DNA of 64,000 nucleotides from Nitrospinaceae bacterium (GCA_965223665.1 OZ245011.1:2592001-2656000); one strand, 5' to 3'; counted from the first letter of the stretch, positions 51,497 through 62,814 are shown. Notes: generated by a model from the sequence alone, not told the origin. Program-made: numbers and translations.

Positions 51497-52627
51497 TTAT
51501 TCGGTTTTACAAGATATTTGAATTTCCTCCAATACCCAAGGATTTGTCTCGTTTGGAAGGTGGTTACGAAAAATCGTATTTGCTTCTTTACCAAGGATTT
51601 GAGTTAAAGCCCAAACTGCATGTGCTCGGATAAGGGGTTCTTCATCCCTCAGGGCTTTAGTTAAAACAGGAACTGCTTCTAAGTCTCCTGAGTTTCCTAA
51701 TGCCACTGCCACATTTCGTAACAATCCTCTCCGTTTGATCCTTTTTATGGGGCTTTTGCGAAACCTTTCGCGAAATCCAACATCATCCAATTGCATGAGT
51801 TCAATGAGCAAGCGCGTTCCTTGTTTTTCCTGAAAAGCAGAATCTTCAGTGGGAACTGCGAAGGAATTCCAAGGGCACACAATTTGGCAATCATCACATC
51901 CATAAATACGGTTGCCTATGGGTTTCCGAAACTCCCTGGGAATTGGCCCTTTTAACTCAATGGTTAAATACGAAATACAACGGCGAGAGTCCAATACATA
52001 GGGAGCCACTATGGCTTGTGTCGGACAGATTTCAATACAACTGATACAAGTCCCACAATGGTCCACTCCGGGATCTGAGATAGGTAATTCCGCATCCGTC
52101 AATATCACTGCCAAAAAGTACCAGGAGCCTACACCTTCCGTCAGCAAATTAGTGTGTTTGCCTATCCAGCCTAAACCCGCTTGTTGTGCTAGTGGCTTTT
52201 CTAAAATAGGTCCCGTATCGACATAGCTTTTACTTTGGCATCCTGGAAATAATTCTGACAATGTATTTTCCAATTCTTTTAACCGCGGTTTAATAACATC
52301 ATGGTAATCCTGATTCAGTGCGTAATGGGAAATGTCTCCGGTTTGGGAATCTTCTAAAAACTCCAACCCTCGCGGTTGGGTAAAATAATTGGTTCTCAAA
52401 CATAGGACACTCTTCACTCCAGGTAAGACTTGATTAAGGTCTAAACGCTTATCTCTCCAACGCTTCATATATGCCATCTCGCCATTAAACCCTTGTTCTA
52501 ACCATTGCTCAAATTTGTTTCTAACCAAATCCAGTTTGGGTTCAGCTACTCCAATATCATCAAATTTCAATGACTCCGCTTTTTCAATCAATAACTGTAA
52601 TTTATTGTTTTCAGCAAAACCAATCAT
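51497..52627 (-). CDS. queG: Epoxyqueuosine reductase
   Basis: DYH, VDTGPILEK, CGTCISCIEICPT, RCISYLTIE, GCDDCQIVCPWN, C-terminal HEAT repeats. Confidence 0.95.
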   Translation of the reverse strand: MIGFAENNKLQLLIEKAESLKFDDIGVAEPKLDLVRNKFEQWLEQGFNGEMAYMKRWRDKRLDLNQVLPGVKSVLCLRTNYFTQPRGLEFLEDSQTGDISHYALNQDYHDVIKPRLKELENTLSELFPGCQSKSYVDTGPILEKPLAQQAGLGWIGKHTNLLTEGVGSWYFLAVILTDAELPISDPGVDHCGTCISCIEICPTQAIVAPYVLDSRRCISYLTIELKGPIPREFRKPIGNRIYGCDDCQIVCPWNSFAVPTEDSAFQEKQGTRLLIELMQLDDVGFRERFRKSPIKRIKRRGLLRNVAVALGNSGDLEAVPVLTKALRDEEPLIRAHAVWALTQILGKEANTIFRNHLPNETNPWVLEEIQISCKTE

Positions 52628-52700
52628 CGTTCAATTTCCATTGCTTGCTATGCAGGATTTTGTTATTCTCGAATTCACCATTCTAAATAAGGCAAATTCA

Positions 52701-53636
52701 ATGAATTCTACCGGCTTCATTTATCATCCAACATATCTCGAACACGATACCGGCTCGCATCCTGAAAATTCTGGTCGATTAAAGGCGATCATGCAAAAAC
52801 TTGATGGATCGGACCTTTACTCTCAACTTACTATAAAAGAGCCCCGTAAAGCGACTCCTGAAGAAATAGCTTTCAACCACCAATCGGAATATGTCGCAGC
52901 AGTCGATAAAGCCTGCCGAGAAGGAATCACCCGATTGGACGCAGACACTGTCGTTTGCGACAAATCTTATGAAGCAGCCCTGCTATCCGCTGGTGCAGGA
53001 CTAACTGCTGTGGACTTAGTGGTTGATGGCGATTGCAGCAACGCATTCGCCGCCGTAAGACCCCCCGGGCATCATGCCGAAAATAATTATGCCATGGGTT
53101 TTTGCTTGTTTAACAACGTGGCCATTGCAGCTGAATATGCTATCAAGAATAAGGGATTGAACCGAGTATTTATTTTTGATTGGGATGTACACCATGGCAA
53201 TGGAACCCAAAACTCTTTTTATTCTGACTCAAGGGTATTTTACAGCAGTACGCATCAATATCCATTTTATCCCGGTACCGGTGCTGAAGGAGAAACTGGG
53301 ACCGGTGATGGATTAGGGTCCACTCTAAACTTTCCCATGAGAGCTGATTCCAATGATAAAGATTATCTGCCTGTGATTAAGGATAAATTGATTCCGGCAA
53401 TGTTTAGCTTTAAACCTGACCTCATTATAATTTCCGCCGGATTCGATGCTCACCAGAATGATCCCCTTGCCAATATCAATATCACTACTGAATGTTATGG
53501 TGAAATGACCCAACTTATAAAATCTGCCGCCCAGGAAATTTGTCAAGGCCGGTTAATTTCCATGCTGGAGGGAGGCTATGATTACGATGCCCTGTCTGAC
53601 TCTGTTTACGCTCATTTGCAAAATTTGTTAAAATAA
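52701..53636 (+). CDS. Histone deacetylase-family amidohydrolase (ORF track start 52515)
   Basis: HPEN..R, RPPGHHA, DWDVHHGNGT, SAGFDAH, LEGGY. Confidence 0.93.
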   Translation: MNSTGFIYHPTYLEHDTGSHPENSGRLKAIMQKLDGSDLYSQLTIKEPRKATPEEIAFNHQSEYVAAVDKACREGITRLDADTVVCDKSYEAALLSAGAGLTAVDLVVDGDCSNAFAAVRPPGHHAENNYAMGFCLFNNVAIAAEYAIKNKGLNRVFIFDWDVHHGNGTQNSFYSDSRVFYSSTHQYPFYPGTGAEGETGTGDGLGSTLNFPMRADSNDKDYLPVIKDKLIPAMFSFKPDLIIISAGFDAHQNDPLANINITTECYGEMTQLIKSAAQEICQGRLISMLEGGYDYDALSDSVYAHLQNLLK

Positions 53637-53668
53637 CTGCAAATTAACTTTAATGATAAACTTGAACT

Positions 53669-56143
53669 ATGCTTCAACAGTATATCCGCCAGTTTACAGA
53701 TAAGGTAATCGAGGCATTAAATGTGGGCACCATGGAAATGGTGAACCTTCGCCAAACCCTCCTCACCCCTGAATTCATTCTTATTGGCATTTTAGAACAA
53801 CAAGATTCACAAATTGTTAAATTGTTTGATACTTATTATCGAGAAGAAAAAGGCTTGGGAAGAAAGGTTCTGGACCGGTTGTTTGAAATTCAAAATCCGG
53901 AAGCCCAAACCAAAGAACACATGATCCAACACATTCAATTGGCAAAAGAAACAGAAAACCTGTTTGAAATTGCAATGGATGAGGCTAAAAAATTGGGCGA
54001 CCGATTTATTAGTGTAGGGGCCATGTTTCTGGCAATGTTCGATAAACGCACGGGGCAAGTTTCTGAAGTTCTCAATGATTTTGGACTCAAATACAATAAA
54101 GTAAAGGAAGATCTTGAAATCATGCGAGGAGGGATTTCCATTTCGGAAAAAAATGCGGAGGGAAAGTTAGATGTTTTAAGCCAATATACTACTGATCTTA
54201 CTGACATGGCCCGAAGGGGAGACTTAGACCCTGTAATTGGTCGTGAAAAAGAAATCAATCGAATCATTCAAATTCTTTCGCGACGCAAAAAAAACAATCC
54301 CGTTTTAATTGGCGAGCCCGGCGTGGGTAAAACAGTAATCGTTGAAGGCTTGGCTCAAAAAATTGTAAAAGCAGAAGTCCCTCATTCCTTGATGAACAAA
54401 AGAGTTAAAGTTTTAGAGATGTCTGAAATTATTGCCGGAGCCAAAATGCGCGGAGAATTTGAAGAACGCATGAAAGCAGTAAAAGATGAAATTGCCGCGG
54501 CCCATGGAAGTATTATTTTATTTATTGATGAACTACATACCATTGTTACCGCTGGTGCAGGCGCAGGGGGAGTAGACGCCTCCAATATGCTAAAGGCTGC
54601 TTTAGCTAAAGGACAGTTGCAATGTATTGGTGCCACTACATTGGATGATTACAAAAAAAGTATCGAAGAAGATAAAGCGTTAGCTCGTAGGTTTCAACCC
54701 ATCTTAGTTAACGAACCTTCTGTAGATTTAACAGTTTCTATGCTAGAAGCCCTTAAAAATAAATATGAGAAACACCATTCCATAACTTTTGATGAAGATG
54801 CATTAGTAGCCGCGGCAAAGCTATCTGAAAAACATATTTATGATCGAGCGTTGCCTGATAAAGCCGTCGACCTTTTAGATGAAGCAGGAGCCCAAAAACA
54901 TTTAGCTTTGATTTATGTTCCACCGGAGGTCCAACAATTAGAAAAAGACCGCAACCAAGTTTTGCAAAAACAAAAAGAGGCGTTCGATTCACAAAATTTT
55001 CAAAAAGTAGCTGAGCTACGGCAAGAAATTTTGGAAATTGACAATAAACTCCATAAAGAAAAAGAAGCATGGAATAAACAATTAAAAAGTGTGGATCATT
55101 CTGTCACGGTCGATGATATTGCCAACGTAGTTGCTACATGGACCGGAATTCCAGTTAATAAAATCCGGGAAACAGAAACTGCGAAACTTGTACATATGGA
55201 AGAAAATTTACATAAACGAGTGATTGGCCAAGATAACGCAATTATTGCCATCAGCAACGCCATACGCCGCAACCGAGCAGGTTTAAAAGAAAAAAACAGG
55301 CCCATTGGGTCCTTTCTGTTTTTAGGACCAACGGGAGTGGGGAAAACAGAATTGGCAAAAGCCCTAGCAGAATTTCTTTTAGATGATGAAAATCGATTGA
55401 TTCGCTTGGATATGTCTGAATATATGGAAAAGCATTCTGTTTCAAAAATCATTGGATCCCCACCGGGTTATGTTGGATACGACGAAGGAGGGCAACTTAC
55501 GGAAAAAGTCCGACGCCATCCATACTCGGTAATTCTGTTAGATGAATTAGAAAAAGCGCATCCTGACGTATTTAATATTTTATTACAATTACTCGATGAT
55601 GGAAGACTGACAGATGCTCATGGTCGGGTTACCAGCTTTAAAAATGCAATTATCATTGGCACTTCCAACATTGGAACTCAATCTATTACTACAGGGAAAA
55701 CTAAGGGGATAGGATTTGCGCAAACCGATGACAAAGAGAGAGATTATAATCAAGTGCGGTCCATGGTTTTAAATGAAGTACAAAAGTTGTTCAAACCGGA
55801 GTTCATCAATCGTTTAGATGATTTAATCGTTTTCCATAAATTAGAACCGGAGCAAATTAAAGAAATTGCCGTCCTTATGTTGAACAATTTGAATAAACGG
55901 CTGAAAGAAAGCAATATGGAATTAGAAGCCACTGAGGCGGTTAAGGTCCAATTGGCAAAAGACGGTTTCAGCGAAATGTATGGCGCACGCCCTCTGCGCC
56001 GATTAATTGAGGAAAAAATTGAGAATGCACTTTCGATGAAAATTATCAATGGGGAAGTAAATCCAGGTGAAAAAATTCTGGTAGATTACAGAAATGATGA
56101 GTACGTTTTTACATCGCGTACCCTCGCCCCTGAAAAGAGTTAA
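53669..56143 (+). CDS. clpC: ATP-dependent Clp protease ATPase subunit, ClpC-like
   Basis: Two AAA+ modules (GEPGVGKT, GPTGVGKT), short UVR-like coiled coil, IGF loop, GARPLRR. Confidence 0.88.
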   Translation: MLQQYIRQFTDKVIEALNVGTMEMVNLRQTLLTPEFILIGILEQQDSQIVKLFDTYYREEKGLGRKVLDRLFEIQNPEAQTKEHMIQHIQLAKETENLFEIAMDEAKKLGDRFISVGAMFLAMFDKRTGQVSEVLNDFGLKYNKVKEDLEIMRGGISISEKNAEGKLDVLSQYTTDLTDMARRGDLDPVIGREKEINRIIQILSRRKKNNPVLIGEPGVGKTVIVEGLAQKIVKAEVPHSLMNKRVKVLEMSEIIAGAKMRGEFEERMKAVKDEIAAAHGSIILFIDELHTIVTAGAGAGGVDASNMLKAALAKGQLQCIGATTLDDYKKSIEEDKALARRFQPILVNEPSVDLTVSMLEALKNKYEKHHSITFDEDALVAAAKLSEKHIYDRALPDKAVDLLDEAGAQKHLALIYVPPEVQQLEKDRNQVLQKQKEAFDSQNFQKVAELRQEILEIDNKLHKEKEAWNKQLKSVDHSVTVDDIANVVATWTGIPVNKIRETETAKLVHMEENLHKRVIGQDNAIIAISNAIRRNRAGLKEKNRPIGSFLFLGPTGVGKTELAKALAEFLLDDENRLIRLDMSEYMEKHSVSKIIGSPPGYVGYDEGGQLTEKVRRHPYSVILLDELEKAHPDVFNILLQLLDDGRLTDAHGRVTSFKNAIIIGTSNIGTQSITTGKTKGIGFAQTDDKERDYNQVRSMVLNEVQKLFKPEFINRLDDLIVFHKLEPEQIKEIAVLMLNNLNKRLKESNMELEATEAVKVQLAKDGFSEMYGARPLRRLIEEKIENALSMKIINGEVNPGEKILVDYRNDEYVFTSRTLAPEKS

Positions 56144-56147
56144 CATT

Positions 56148-56666
56148 GTGGAAAATCCCCCAGAAAAATGGGTCCATTTAGCTATATTAATTAGCTTGGG
56201 AGTTGTCTTACATAGAGTAGAAGCCTTTCTTCCCTTACCTTCCCCTTGGGTAAAATTGGGTTTGGCTAATATTATGTCTCTCGTAGCATTAGCATTATAT
56301 GGCTTCCAGGCAGCGCTTTTAGTTACAATTTGGCGCGTAGTGTTAGGAGGGATTTTGGGAGGAACTTTTTTAAGCCCGACATTTTTTTTGAGTATAGGAG
56401 GAGGATTGGCTGCCGTTGTTATGATGGCACTTGTATTTCGATTGGGTTACGGAAGATTAAGTTTAATCGGCGTTAGTGTTGCCGCAGCATATGCTCATAC
56501 AATTGCAATTTTCTTTCTGGTATTTTTCTTTTTTATTTATCAAAAAACTTTTCTAAATTTACTTCCCCTTTTTCTAACCTTATCTCTGGTTTCTGGAATT
56601 TTAACCGGTATCCTTGCCAACCATGTCACGCAAGGGTTACGAGAAGAAGGTTTTTTACTTAAATAA
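56148..56666 (+). CDS. Gx transporter / heptaprenyl-diphosphate-synthase component I family membrane protein (ORF track start 56094)
   Basis: PSPWVKLGLANI, SLIGVSV..A..H; GTG just after the clpC stop. Confidence 0.8.
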   Translation: MENPPEKWVHLAILISLGVVLHRVEAFLPLPSPWVKLGLANIMSLVALALYGFQAALLVTIWRVVLGGILGGTFLSPTFFLSIGGGLAAVVMMALVFRLGYGRLSLIGVSVAAAYAHTIAIFFLVFFFFIYQKTFLNLLPLFLTLSLVSGILTGILANHVTQGLREEGFLLK

Positions 56667-56799
56667 CTCTATCAAAAAGAGCTCAAAATTCTCTAGTTCT
56701 CATTTTGACTTATTTTTCCCATTCATTTAGACTTAAATAATACTTCTAATTAATCCAGAATAAATTCCTTTTAAGACAATAAATCAGAAAAATAATACT

Positions 56800-57483
56800 G
56801 TGAAACTATCAATAGTAATTCCAATTTATAATGAAAAGGCTACACTCCCTACCCTGCTCGAAAGAGTAGAAGCCGTCAATTATGAAAAAGAAATTATACT
56901 GGTTGATGATTATTCTACTGATGGAACAAGAGAATTAGTTAAGGAATATGAAGGCAAAGAAGGCTTTATAGTAGCTTTTCATCCTAATAATATGGGGAAA
57001 GGAGCTGCACTGCGTACCGGATTTTCCAAAGTTAGTGGGGATATTGTTGTCATCCAGGATGCAGATTTAGAGTATAATCCTCAAGAATATTCCAAACTAT
57101 TAGAGCCAATTTTGGATGGACGTGCGGATGTAGTTTATGGTTCCCGTTTTTTAGGAGGTCCGCATCGAGTATTATTTTTCTGGCATTATTTAGGAAACAG
57201 AGTATTGACAACTTTTTCAAATATCTTCACTAATTTAAATTTAACTGATATGGAAACCTGCTATAAAGTATTCACAAAGAATGTTCTTAGTTCAATTACT
57301 GTCAAATGTGATCGCTTTGGTTTTGAACCAGAATTTACTAGCAAAGTTGCCAAAAGAAAATTCAGAATTTACGAGGTCCCTATTTCATACAGCGGTCGAG
57401 ATTATACCGAAGGAAAAAAAATTGGTTGGAAAGACGGAGTGGCAGCTCTCTGGTTTATTATTAAATTTCGCTTAGTGGATTAA
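56800..57483 (+). CDS. Glycosyltransferase family 2 (polyprenol-phosphate glycosyltransferase-like)
   Basis: [33 protein letters not shown]. Confidence 0.92.
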   Translation: MKLSIVIPIYNEKATLPTLLERVEAVNYEKEIILVDDYSTDGTRELVKEYEGKEGFIVAFHPNNMGKGAALRTGFSKVSGDIVVIQDADLEYNPQEYSKLLEPILDGRADVVYGSRFLGGPHRVLFFWHYLGNRVLTTFSNIFTNLNLTDMETCYKVFTKNVLSSITVKCDRFGFEPEFTSKVAKRKFRIYEVPISYSGRDYTEGKKIGWKDGVAALWFIIKFRLVD

Positions 57484-57486
57484 ATT

Positions 57487-58845
57487 CTACCCGTATTTAG
57501 GTATCTTCCCCGATTTTAATTCCTCCTCAAACCTCCCTGTTTCTCTTGCCAATAAACGACTAAGGCCAATTAGACCAATTAAATTGGGAACAGCCATACA
57601 GGCGTTCATCACATCTGAAAAATTCCAGACAATTTCTAATTTCAAAATTGAACCCAAAAATACAACCCCTATCCATAATACTCTATAAAATAAAATCCAT
57701 CTTTCTCCTGCTATATATTCAAAACATTTTTCTCCGTAATAGCACCAGCCCAAAATTGTTGAAAAAGCAAAAGTAATAACGCCTAAAGTTACAAGCCAAA
57801 GACCCCAATCTCCAAACAATCCTTTCTGAAAAGCAACTATGGTCAAAGCAACACCAGTTTCTCCCGTAGTCCAAGATTGCGTAACAGCAAGCACCAAACC
57901 AGTGAGCGTACAAACAATAATGGTATCCAGAAAAGTTCCTGTCATTGAGACTAATGCTTGCTTAGCAGGTTGATTCGTCTTTGCTGCTGCCGCCGCAATT
58001 GGTGCCGATCCTAAACCTGATTCATTTGAAAAAAGACCCCTGGCAACACCAAAACGTATAGCTTGAGCTAAAGTTGCGCCTGCAAAACCCCCTGCGGCAG
58101 CTGTTCCGTTAAAAGCACTTTTACAAATTAAAACCAGACCTTGAGGAATTTGATCGATAAATTTAACAATTATATACATACAGGCCGCAAAATATATCAC
58201 CACCATAATGGGAACAAAAAAAGAAACAACGTCTGATATTCTTTTTACTCCCCCCAAAACCACTAATCCTGTTGCCCCCGCTAATAAGAATCCTAAATAT
58301 ACTTTATCAATGTCCCAAACTTTGACCACCGCTGCAGCAGTGGTATTCGCTTGCACCATATTCCCGATTCCAAAAGCTGCTAATGAACCAAAAAGCGCAA
58401 AGAGCAATCCGAGCCATTTCCAACCTAATCCAGATTCCAAATAGTACATGGGCCCACCCGAAAATTCTCCTTTACGATTTTTTTGGCGAAACCTTACTGC
58501 TAAAAAAGCTTCAGCGTATTTAGTCGCCATTCCAAATAAAGCTGTAATCCACATCCAAAAAACCGCTCCCGGGCCCCCCAAAGCCACTGCGGTACTGACT
58601 CCTGCAATATTGCCTACACCAATAGTGGCTGCCAAAGCAATCATCAACGCCCCAAAATGAGAAATATCTCCTTCACCTTTTCGATCTTTAGAGAAAGTTA
58701 ACCGCAAACCATAAAATAAAAGCCTAAATTGGATTCCCCGTAATTGAATAGTGAGCAATATTCCCGTGCCCAAAAGAAGGGCTAATAACCAAGGACCCCA
58801 AACGATACTGCTAAGATCGGCTAAAAATTGATTTATAGCTTTCAT
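57487..58845 (-). CDS. alsT: Sodium:alanine symporter (AGCS family)
   Basis: GVGNIAGV, GGPGAVFWMW, GGPMYY, RGLFSNESGLGS. Confidence 0.92.
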   Translation of the reverse strand: MKAINQFLADLSSIVWGPWLLALLLGTGILLTIQLRGIQFRLLFYGLRLTFSKDRKGEGDISHFGALMIALAATIGVGNIAGVSTAVALGGPGAVFWMWITALFGMATKYAEAFLAVRFRQKNRKGEFSGGPMYYLESGLGWKWLGLLFALFGSLAAFGIGNMVQANTTAAAVVKVWDIDKVYLGFLLAGATGLVVLGGVKRISDVVSFFVPIMVVIYFAACMYIIVKFIDQIPQGLVLICKSAFNGTAAAGGFAGATLAQAIRFGVARGLFSNESGLGSAPIAAAAAKTNQPAKQALVSMTGTFLDTIIVCTLTGLVLAVTQSWTTGETGVALTIVAFQKGLFGDWGLWLVTLGVITFAFSTILGWCYYGEKCFEYIAGERWILFYRVLWIGVVFLGSILKLEIVWNFSDVMNACMAVPNLIGLIGLSRLLARETGRFEEELKSGKIPKYG

Positions 58846-58907
58846 AATTTGGGAAAATTATTTGGTAGGTTTAATGGGGTAAGTCAAACAAACAATATTA
58901 AAACTGT

Positions 58908-58930
58908 AAAAAGAGTCCTCGGACTCTTTT
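58908..58930 (-). terminator. Probable intrinsic terminator
   Basis: aaaagagtcc-tc-ggactctttt inverted repeat with T-tracts on both strands, 11 bp past the stop at 58942. Confidence 0.65.
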
Positions 58931-58941
58931 CCATGGCTAAT

Positions 58942-59781
58942 CTAATATGAAGAGCCTTCCGTTTTCAAACGTTGATTTCTTTTTGCGGAATCAAGAGAAT
59001 CAGAGGAATTAGAATACTTTTTTTCTAAAGCTTGTTTTTCGTTTTTTTTATTTTTTTCCACTTTTTCTTTCTCGTTCTTTTCTTTTTCAGCTTTTTCTTT
59101 CTTAGCTAATTCCTTTTTTTCTTTGTCTTTTTCTAAAGCCTTCTCCAGTTTACTAATTAATCCTTGCTGGGTTTTCGCTTCACCTCTCACCCGGTTAAAC
59201 ATCGCTACCAAGTGTGTTTTTAACCCTAGACCTACCGACTTTGCCTGTTTATCTTTTTGGATACTTTGATTTAGAAAGTTTTTAGTTTCTAATAACTCAG
59301 GAACTTTTGAAGAAGCAAGATCCGACGCTAATTTTTCTTTTGCAGGTAATCCGCCTTGAATAGAGGTAACTAATCTTCGTCCGTTCGTAAAATTATAAAC
59401 AACATCGTCAAAGGCTTTAACTCTTAACACATTATTTTTCAAATTTGTTATAGAGCGTTGGACAAGGGCTTCATCTTTTTTGGAAAATCCATCATCTAAA
59501 GGTTTTTCAGGAGTTTGTGACTCAGTCGAATTTGAATCTTCTTTAGATTCTGGTTTTTTTAATTTTGGATCAGAAAAACCTCGCAAAGGCTTCATACTAG
59601 GCCCACTCCGGTATTTTATCGGAATGTTGCTTTCATTATTGGTGTAATGGACCTTTCCTTGATCATCCACATATTTATAAACTTTTGCACACACTCCATA
59701 AGGGTGAGAAAAAAATAGCCCAAAAATCATTAAAAAAACACAATTTAACTTAATTGAAAAACTTTTTACTTGCATGTTCAT
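58942..59781 (-). CDS. DUF4124-like exported protein with Lys/Glu-rich tail
   Basis: Signal, KVYKYVDDQGKVHYTN...IP.KYR. Confidence 0.75.
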   Translation of the reverse strand: MNMQVKSFSIKLNCVFLMIFGLFFSHPYGVCAKVYKYVDDQGKVHYTNNESNIPIKYRSGPSMKPLRGFSDPKLKKPESKEDSNSTESQTPEKPLDDGFSKKDEALVQRSITNLKNNVLRVKAFDDVVYNFTNGRRLVTSIQGGLPAKEKLASDLASSKVPELLETKNFLNQSIQKDKQAKSVGLGLKTHLVAMFNRVRGEAKTQQGLISKLEKALEKDKEKKELAKKEKAEKEKNEKEKVEKNKKNEKQALEKKYSNSSDSLDSAKRNQRLKTEGSSY

Positions 59782-59888
59782 GATTCTCGAAAATTGATTA
59801 AAAGTTTTCCCCCTTTAGAATTATAACAACCGAAAGAAGTCTCTGCTATAATTTAATTAAAAGTTCAACTTATAAGAGAGTTCCTAAT

Positions 59889-60437
59889 ATGACTTTAAGT
59901 CCCCTAAAGTTTATTGATGAAAATGCTTTCTTTTTAGGAAACCAAGATCGCGTTGTCGGTTTTTTTCTTTATGATACTTACAATAAAGAGGTCGCCAAGG
60001 TAAAAGGTCTCATGGTAGATTTGGATTATCATAGGCCACAGTATTTGGTTATAGAACTAGGAGGATTTTTATCCACAGAAGGTAAAATCATTTTATTTCC
60101 CAAAGAACTTTATCAACCAGCAGGCCTTGGAAAAGTTGTTACGGATTGGACGCGGGAATCTATTCAGCAGGCTCCCTCTGTTGAAAACCTGGCAACACTC
60201 TCTCGGGAAGAGGAACAATTAATTTTAAGCTATTTTGATATAAAACCCTATTGGGAAACAAACATAGAAAAAGAAAAACCCAAACTTCCAAAAAATAATG
60301 ATGTGTTTGATAACGATTTAGAGGAATATAAACAAAAAATGGTTACTGACACTTTTGGAAAAACATGGAAAGATACCGGCAGAGAAATTCCAAATTTAAC
60401 CCTGGATCGAAAACCCCCTATCCCACCCAATAAATAA
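59889..60437 (+). CDS. PRC-barrel domain protein
   Basis: VAKVKGLMVD...YLVIELGGFL...ILFP...APS...YFDIKPYW. Confidence 0.7.
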   Translation: MTLSPLKFIDENAFFLGNQDRVVGFFLYDTYNKEVAKVKGLMVDLDYHRPQYLVIELGGFLSTEGKIILFPKELYQPAGLGKVVTDWTRESIQQAPSVENLATLSREEEQLILSYFDIKPYWETNIEKEKPKLPKNNDVFDNDLEEYKQKMVTDTFGKTWKDTGREIPNLTLDRKPPIPPNK

Positions 60438-60441
60438 TCTC

Positions 60442-61539
60442 TCAATTTTTGGTTTTATCCTTACTATTTACTCGCTCAAGCAACCTGTCCACTGCTTCCA
60501 CTACATCGATTACACTGATATCTTCAATACAAAATGGTTTATTGTGGGAAGAAGGCTCACATTCCTTAAAAAAATTGTGCCGACAAGGAGAACATGGAAA
60601 ATTCTTAGTTACAATTTCTTTCTTTTCTTCGGAAATACATGGGTCCGTCGTTAAGCGATTACCTGGTCCAAAAATGGCTACAATGGGTGTGTCTACTAAC
60701 GAGGCTAAATTCATTATTCCGCTGTCATTCGCTACCAGAAGTTTACAGTTTTTTAAAATTCCTAACACAACCTGTAGGTTTAATCCTGTCAACGAAGTTA
60801 CATGGGACAGCGGACAAAAATCTTTAACTTTATTGATTAAGGATTCTTCAGCCTTACTTCCTAGCAAAATAATTTTGGCTCTTTTTTCTTTTATCAATCG
60901 TTGACATAGAATCCCAAAGCGCTCTACATGCCAACGCTTTTCAGGTTTAGAGGCCCCTGGCTGAACTGCAATAACTAAGTCACTAGATTTTATTCCCATT
61001 TGAGACAACATTTCGAATTGCGCTCTTTTTTCATTTTCTCCAACCAATTCTTTAAACTTTTTTTCAATATGGGTAATACCCAAAGGAGATAAAAGATGAA
61101 AATAATAGTCTATTCCGTGAATTTTTTTGGAATCCATTACAGCTGGTATCGGATCAGTTAGCCAAGTACTTCTTCCATCAGTGTTATACCCGATCCGTAC
61201 TTTTGGCTTGGCAATATAAGTCAAGACGGCGCTTCTCAATGAATTAGGCAAAACAATTCCCAGGTCAAACCTATATTTTCTCAAAGTCCATGCAAATCGT
61301 AATGATGCAAACCACTCATTTTTTTTAAATGGAATTTTAATTACAGAATCAATATCTGGATGATTCAAAAGGAACTCATTAGATGGAGCCCGGACCACTA
61401 CGGTAATTCTTGATTGGGGATAATTTAGACGTAAAGCCTGAATTGTTGGAAGAGCAAAAACAACATCACCAATCCAATTTGGCATCCAAACTAAAATATG
61501 ATTAATCGGTGTTTCTTTTAAATAGGTGGAGGGCTGCAT
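60442..61539 (-). CDS. waaF: LPS heptosyltransferase II (GT9)
   Basis: PNWIGDVV, PNSLRSA, PGAS..EKRW, NDSG, AIFGP, CSPC. Confidence 0.85.
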   Translation of the reverse strand: MQPSTYLKETPINHILVWMPNWIGDVVFALPTIQALRLNYPQSRITVVVRAPSNEFLLNHPDIDSVIKIPFKKNEWFASLRFAWTLRKYRFDLGIVLPNSLRSAVLTYIAKPKVRIGYNTDGRSTWLTDPIPAVMDSKKIHGIDYYFHLLSPLGITHIEKKFKELVGENEKRAQFEMLSQMGIKSSDLVIAVQPGASKPEKRWHVERFGILCQRLIKEKRAKIILLGSKAEESLINKVKDFCPLSHVTSLTGLNLQVVLGILKNCKLLVANDSGIMNLASLVDTPIVAIFGPGNRLTTDPCISEEKKEIVTKNFPCSPCRHNFFKECEPSSHNKPFCIEDISVIDVVEAVDRLLERVNSKDKTKN

Positions 61540-61556
61540 AGCTTTAAAGGATCGGG

Positions 61557-62810
61557 TTAGTGAACTCGTTTAATATTTGCCCCTAATTTAGATAATTTTT
61601 TCTCCATTTTTTCATAACCTCGGTCAATATGATAAACACGGGAAATAACCGTTTCACCCTGCGCAGCTAATCCCGCTAAGACCAAAGATGCACTGGCCCT
61701 GAGATCAGTAGCCATAACCGGAGCCCCATTTAATTGGTTCACTCCTCTCACAATTGCCGTGTGACCATCTATAAGAATATCTGCCCCCAATCGTTTCAGT
61801 TCTGCCGCATGCATAAAACGATTTTCAAAAACCGTTTCCGAGATAATACTTTGTCCTTTTGCCAAACACATCAATGCCATAAATTGAGCTTGGACATCCG
61901 TTGCAAAACCAGGATAGGGTTGAGTTTTGATATTTACCGAGTTTAAAGTTCCCAACCCTCGGACTTTGACAGAATTTCCCTCTTCTTTTATATCGACTCC
62001 AGCCTCACGGAGCTTTAAAATTACCGGTTCCATATGAGAGGGAATACAATTGATTAATTCAATATCGCCTTGTGTTATTGCACCGGCAATCATATACGAA
62101 GCGGCTTCAATTCTATCCGGAAAAATTCCACATTGAATAGGCTTTAAGGAAGGTACTCCCTGGATAATAATCATGTCTGTTCCCCCACCTTCAATTTTGG
62201 CACCAGCAGCGTTTAATATATCTGCTAAAAACTCTACCTCTGGTTCTTTGGCCACATTTTCCAAAACCGTTTCCCCCTCAGCTAATACTGCCGCCATCAT
62301 AACATTCATGGTTCCTGTGACCGTAACAGTGTCAAAATAAAAATGGGTCCCTTTTAAATATTTTGCCGTACCACGGACATAGCCGCCCTCCAATTCAATA
62401 TTCGCTCCTAGCGCTTGCAACCCTTTAATATGAAGATCAATTGGACGTGCTCCAATAGCACAACCCCCGGGCAAGGACACTTCCGCTTTACCCAATCTGG
62501 CCAATAAGGGTCCCAAAACTAAGCAAGAAGCCCTCATGGTCGAAACTAAATCATACCTGGCACAATGTTTGTTAATTGAAGTCGTATCTAAAATAACTTG
62601 ATTATTTTTTATTTCGCTTACATCGGCTCCTAAATCCTTAACCAGTGCTACCATTGTAGAAACATCACGGACATTAGGAAGGTTATGAATTTTATTTTCA
62701 CCCTGCGTAAGTAAGGTGGCTGCTAAAACAGGTAAAACTGCATTTTTCGCACCACTCAAATGAACCTGACCTTTTAAGGGATACCCACCTTGAATAACAA
62801 TTTTATCCAA
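61557..62810 (-). CDS. murA: UDP-N-acetylglucosamine 1-carboxyvinyltransferase
   Basis: SGAKNA, LPGGCAIGARPIDLH, PGFATD, TDLRAS, HIDRGY. Confidence 0.97.
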   Translation of the reverse strand: MDKIVIQGGYPLKGQVHLSGAKNAVLPVLAATLLTQGENKIHNLPNVRDVSTMVALVKDLGADVSEIKNNQVILDTTSINKHCARYDLVSTMRASCLVLGPLLARLGKAEVSLPGGCAIGARPIDLHIKGLQALGANIELEGGYVRGTAKYLKGTHFYFDTVTVTGTMNVMMAAVLAEGETVLENVAKEPEVEFLADILNAAGAKIEGGGTDMIIIQGVPSLKPIQCGIFPDRIEAASYMIAGAITQGDIELINCIPSHMEPVILKLREAGVDIKEEGNSVKVRGLGTLNSVNIKTQPYPGFATDVQAQFMALMCLAKGQSIISETVFENRFMHAAELKRLGADILIDGHTAIVRGVNQLNGAPVMATDLRASASLVLAGLAAQGETVISRVYHIDRGYEKMEKKLSKLGANIKRVH

Positions 62811-62814
62811 AAAA

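Noticed and set aside
52515-52700. N-terminal extension of the deacetylase overlapping queG
   Set aside because: Family-like sequence begins at ATG 52701; the extension is an antisense shadow
59020-59140. T-rich repetitive tract
   Set aside because: Simply encodes the Lys/Glu-rich tail of the minus-strand protein
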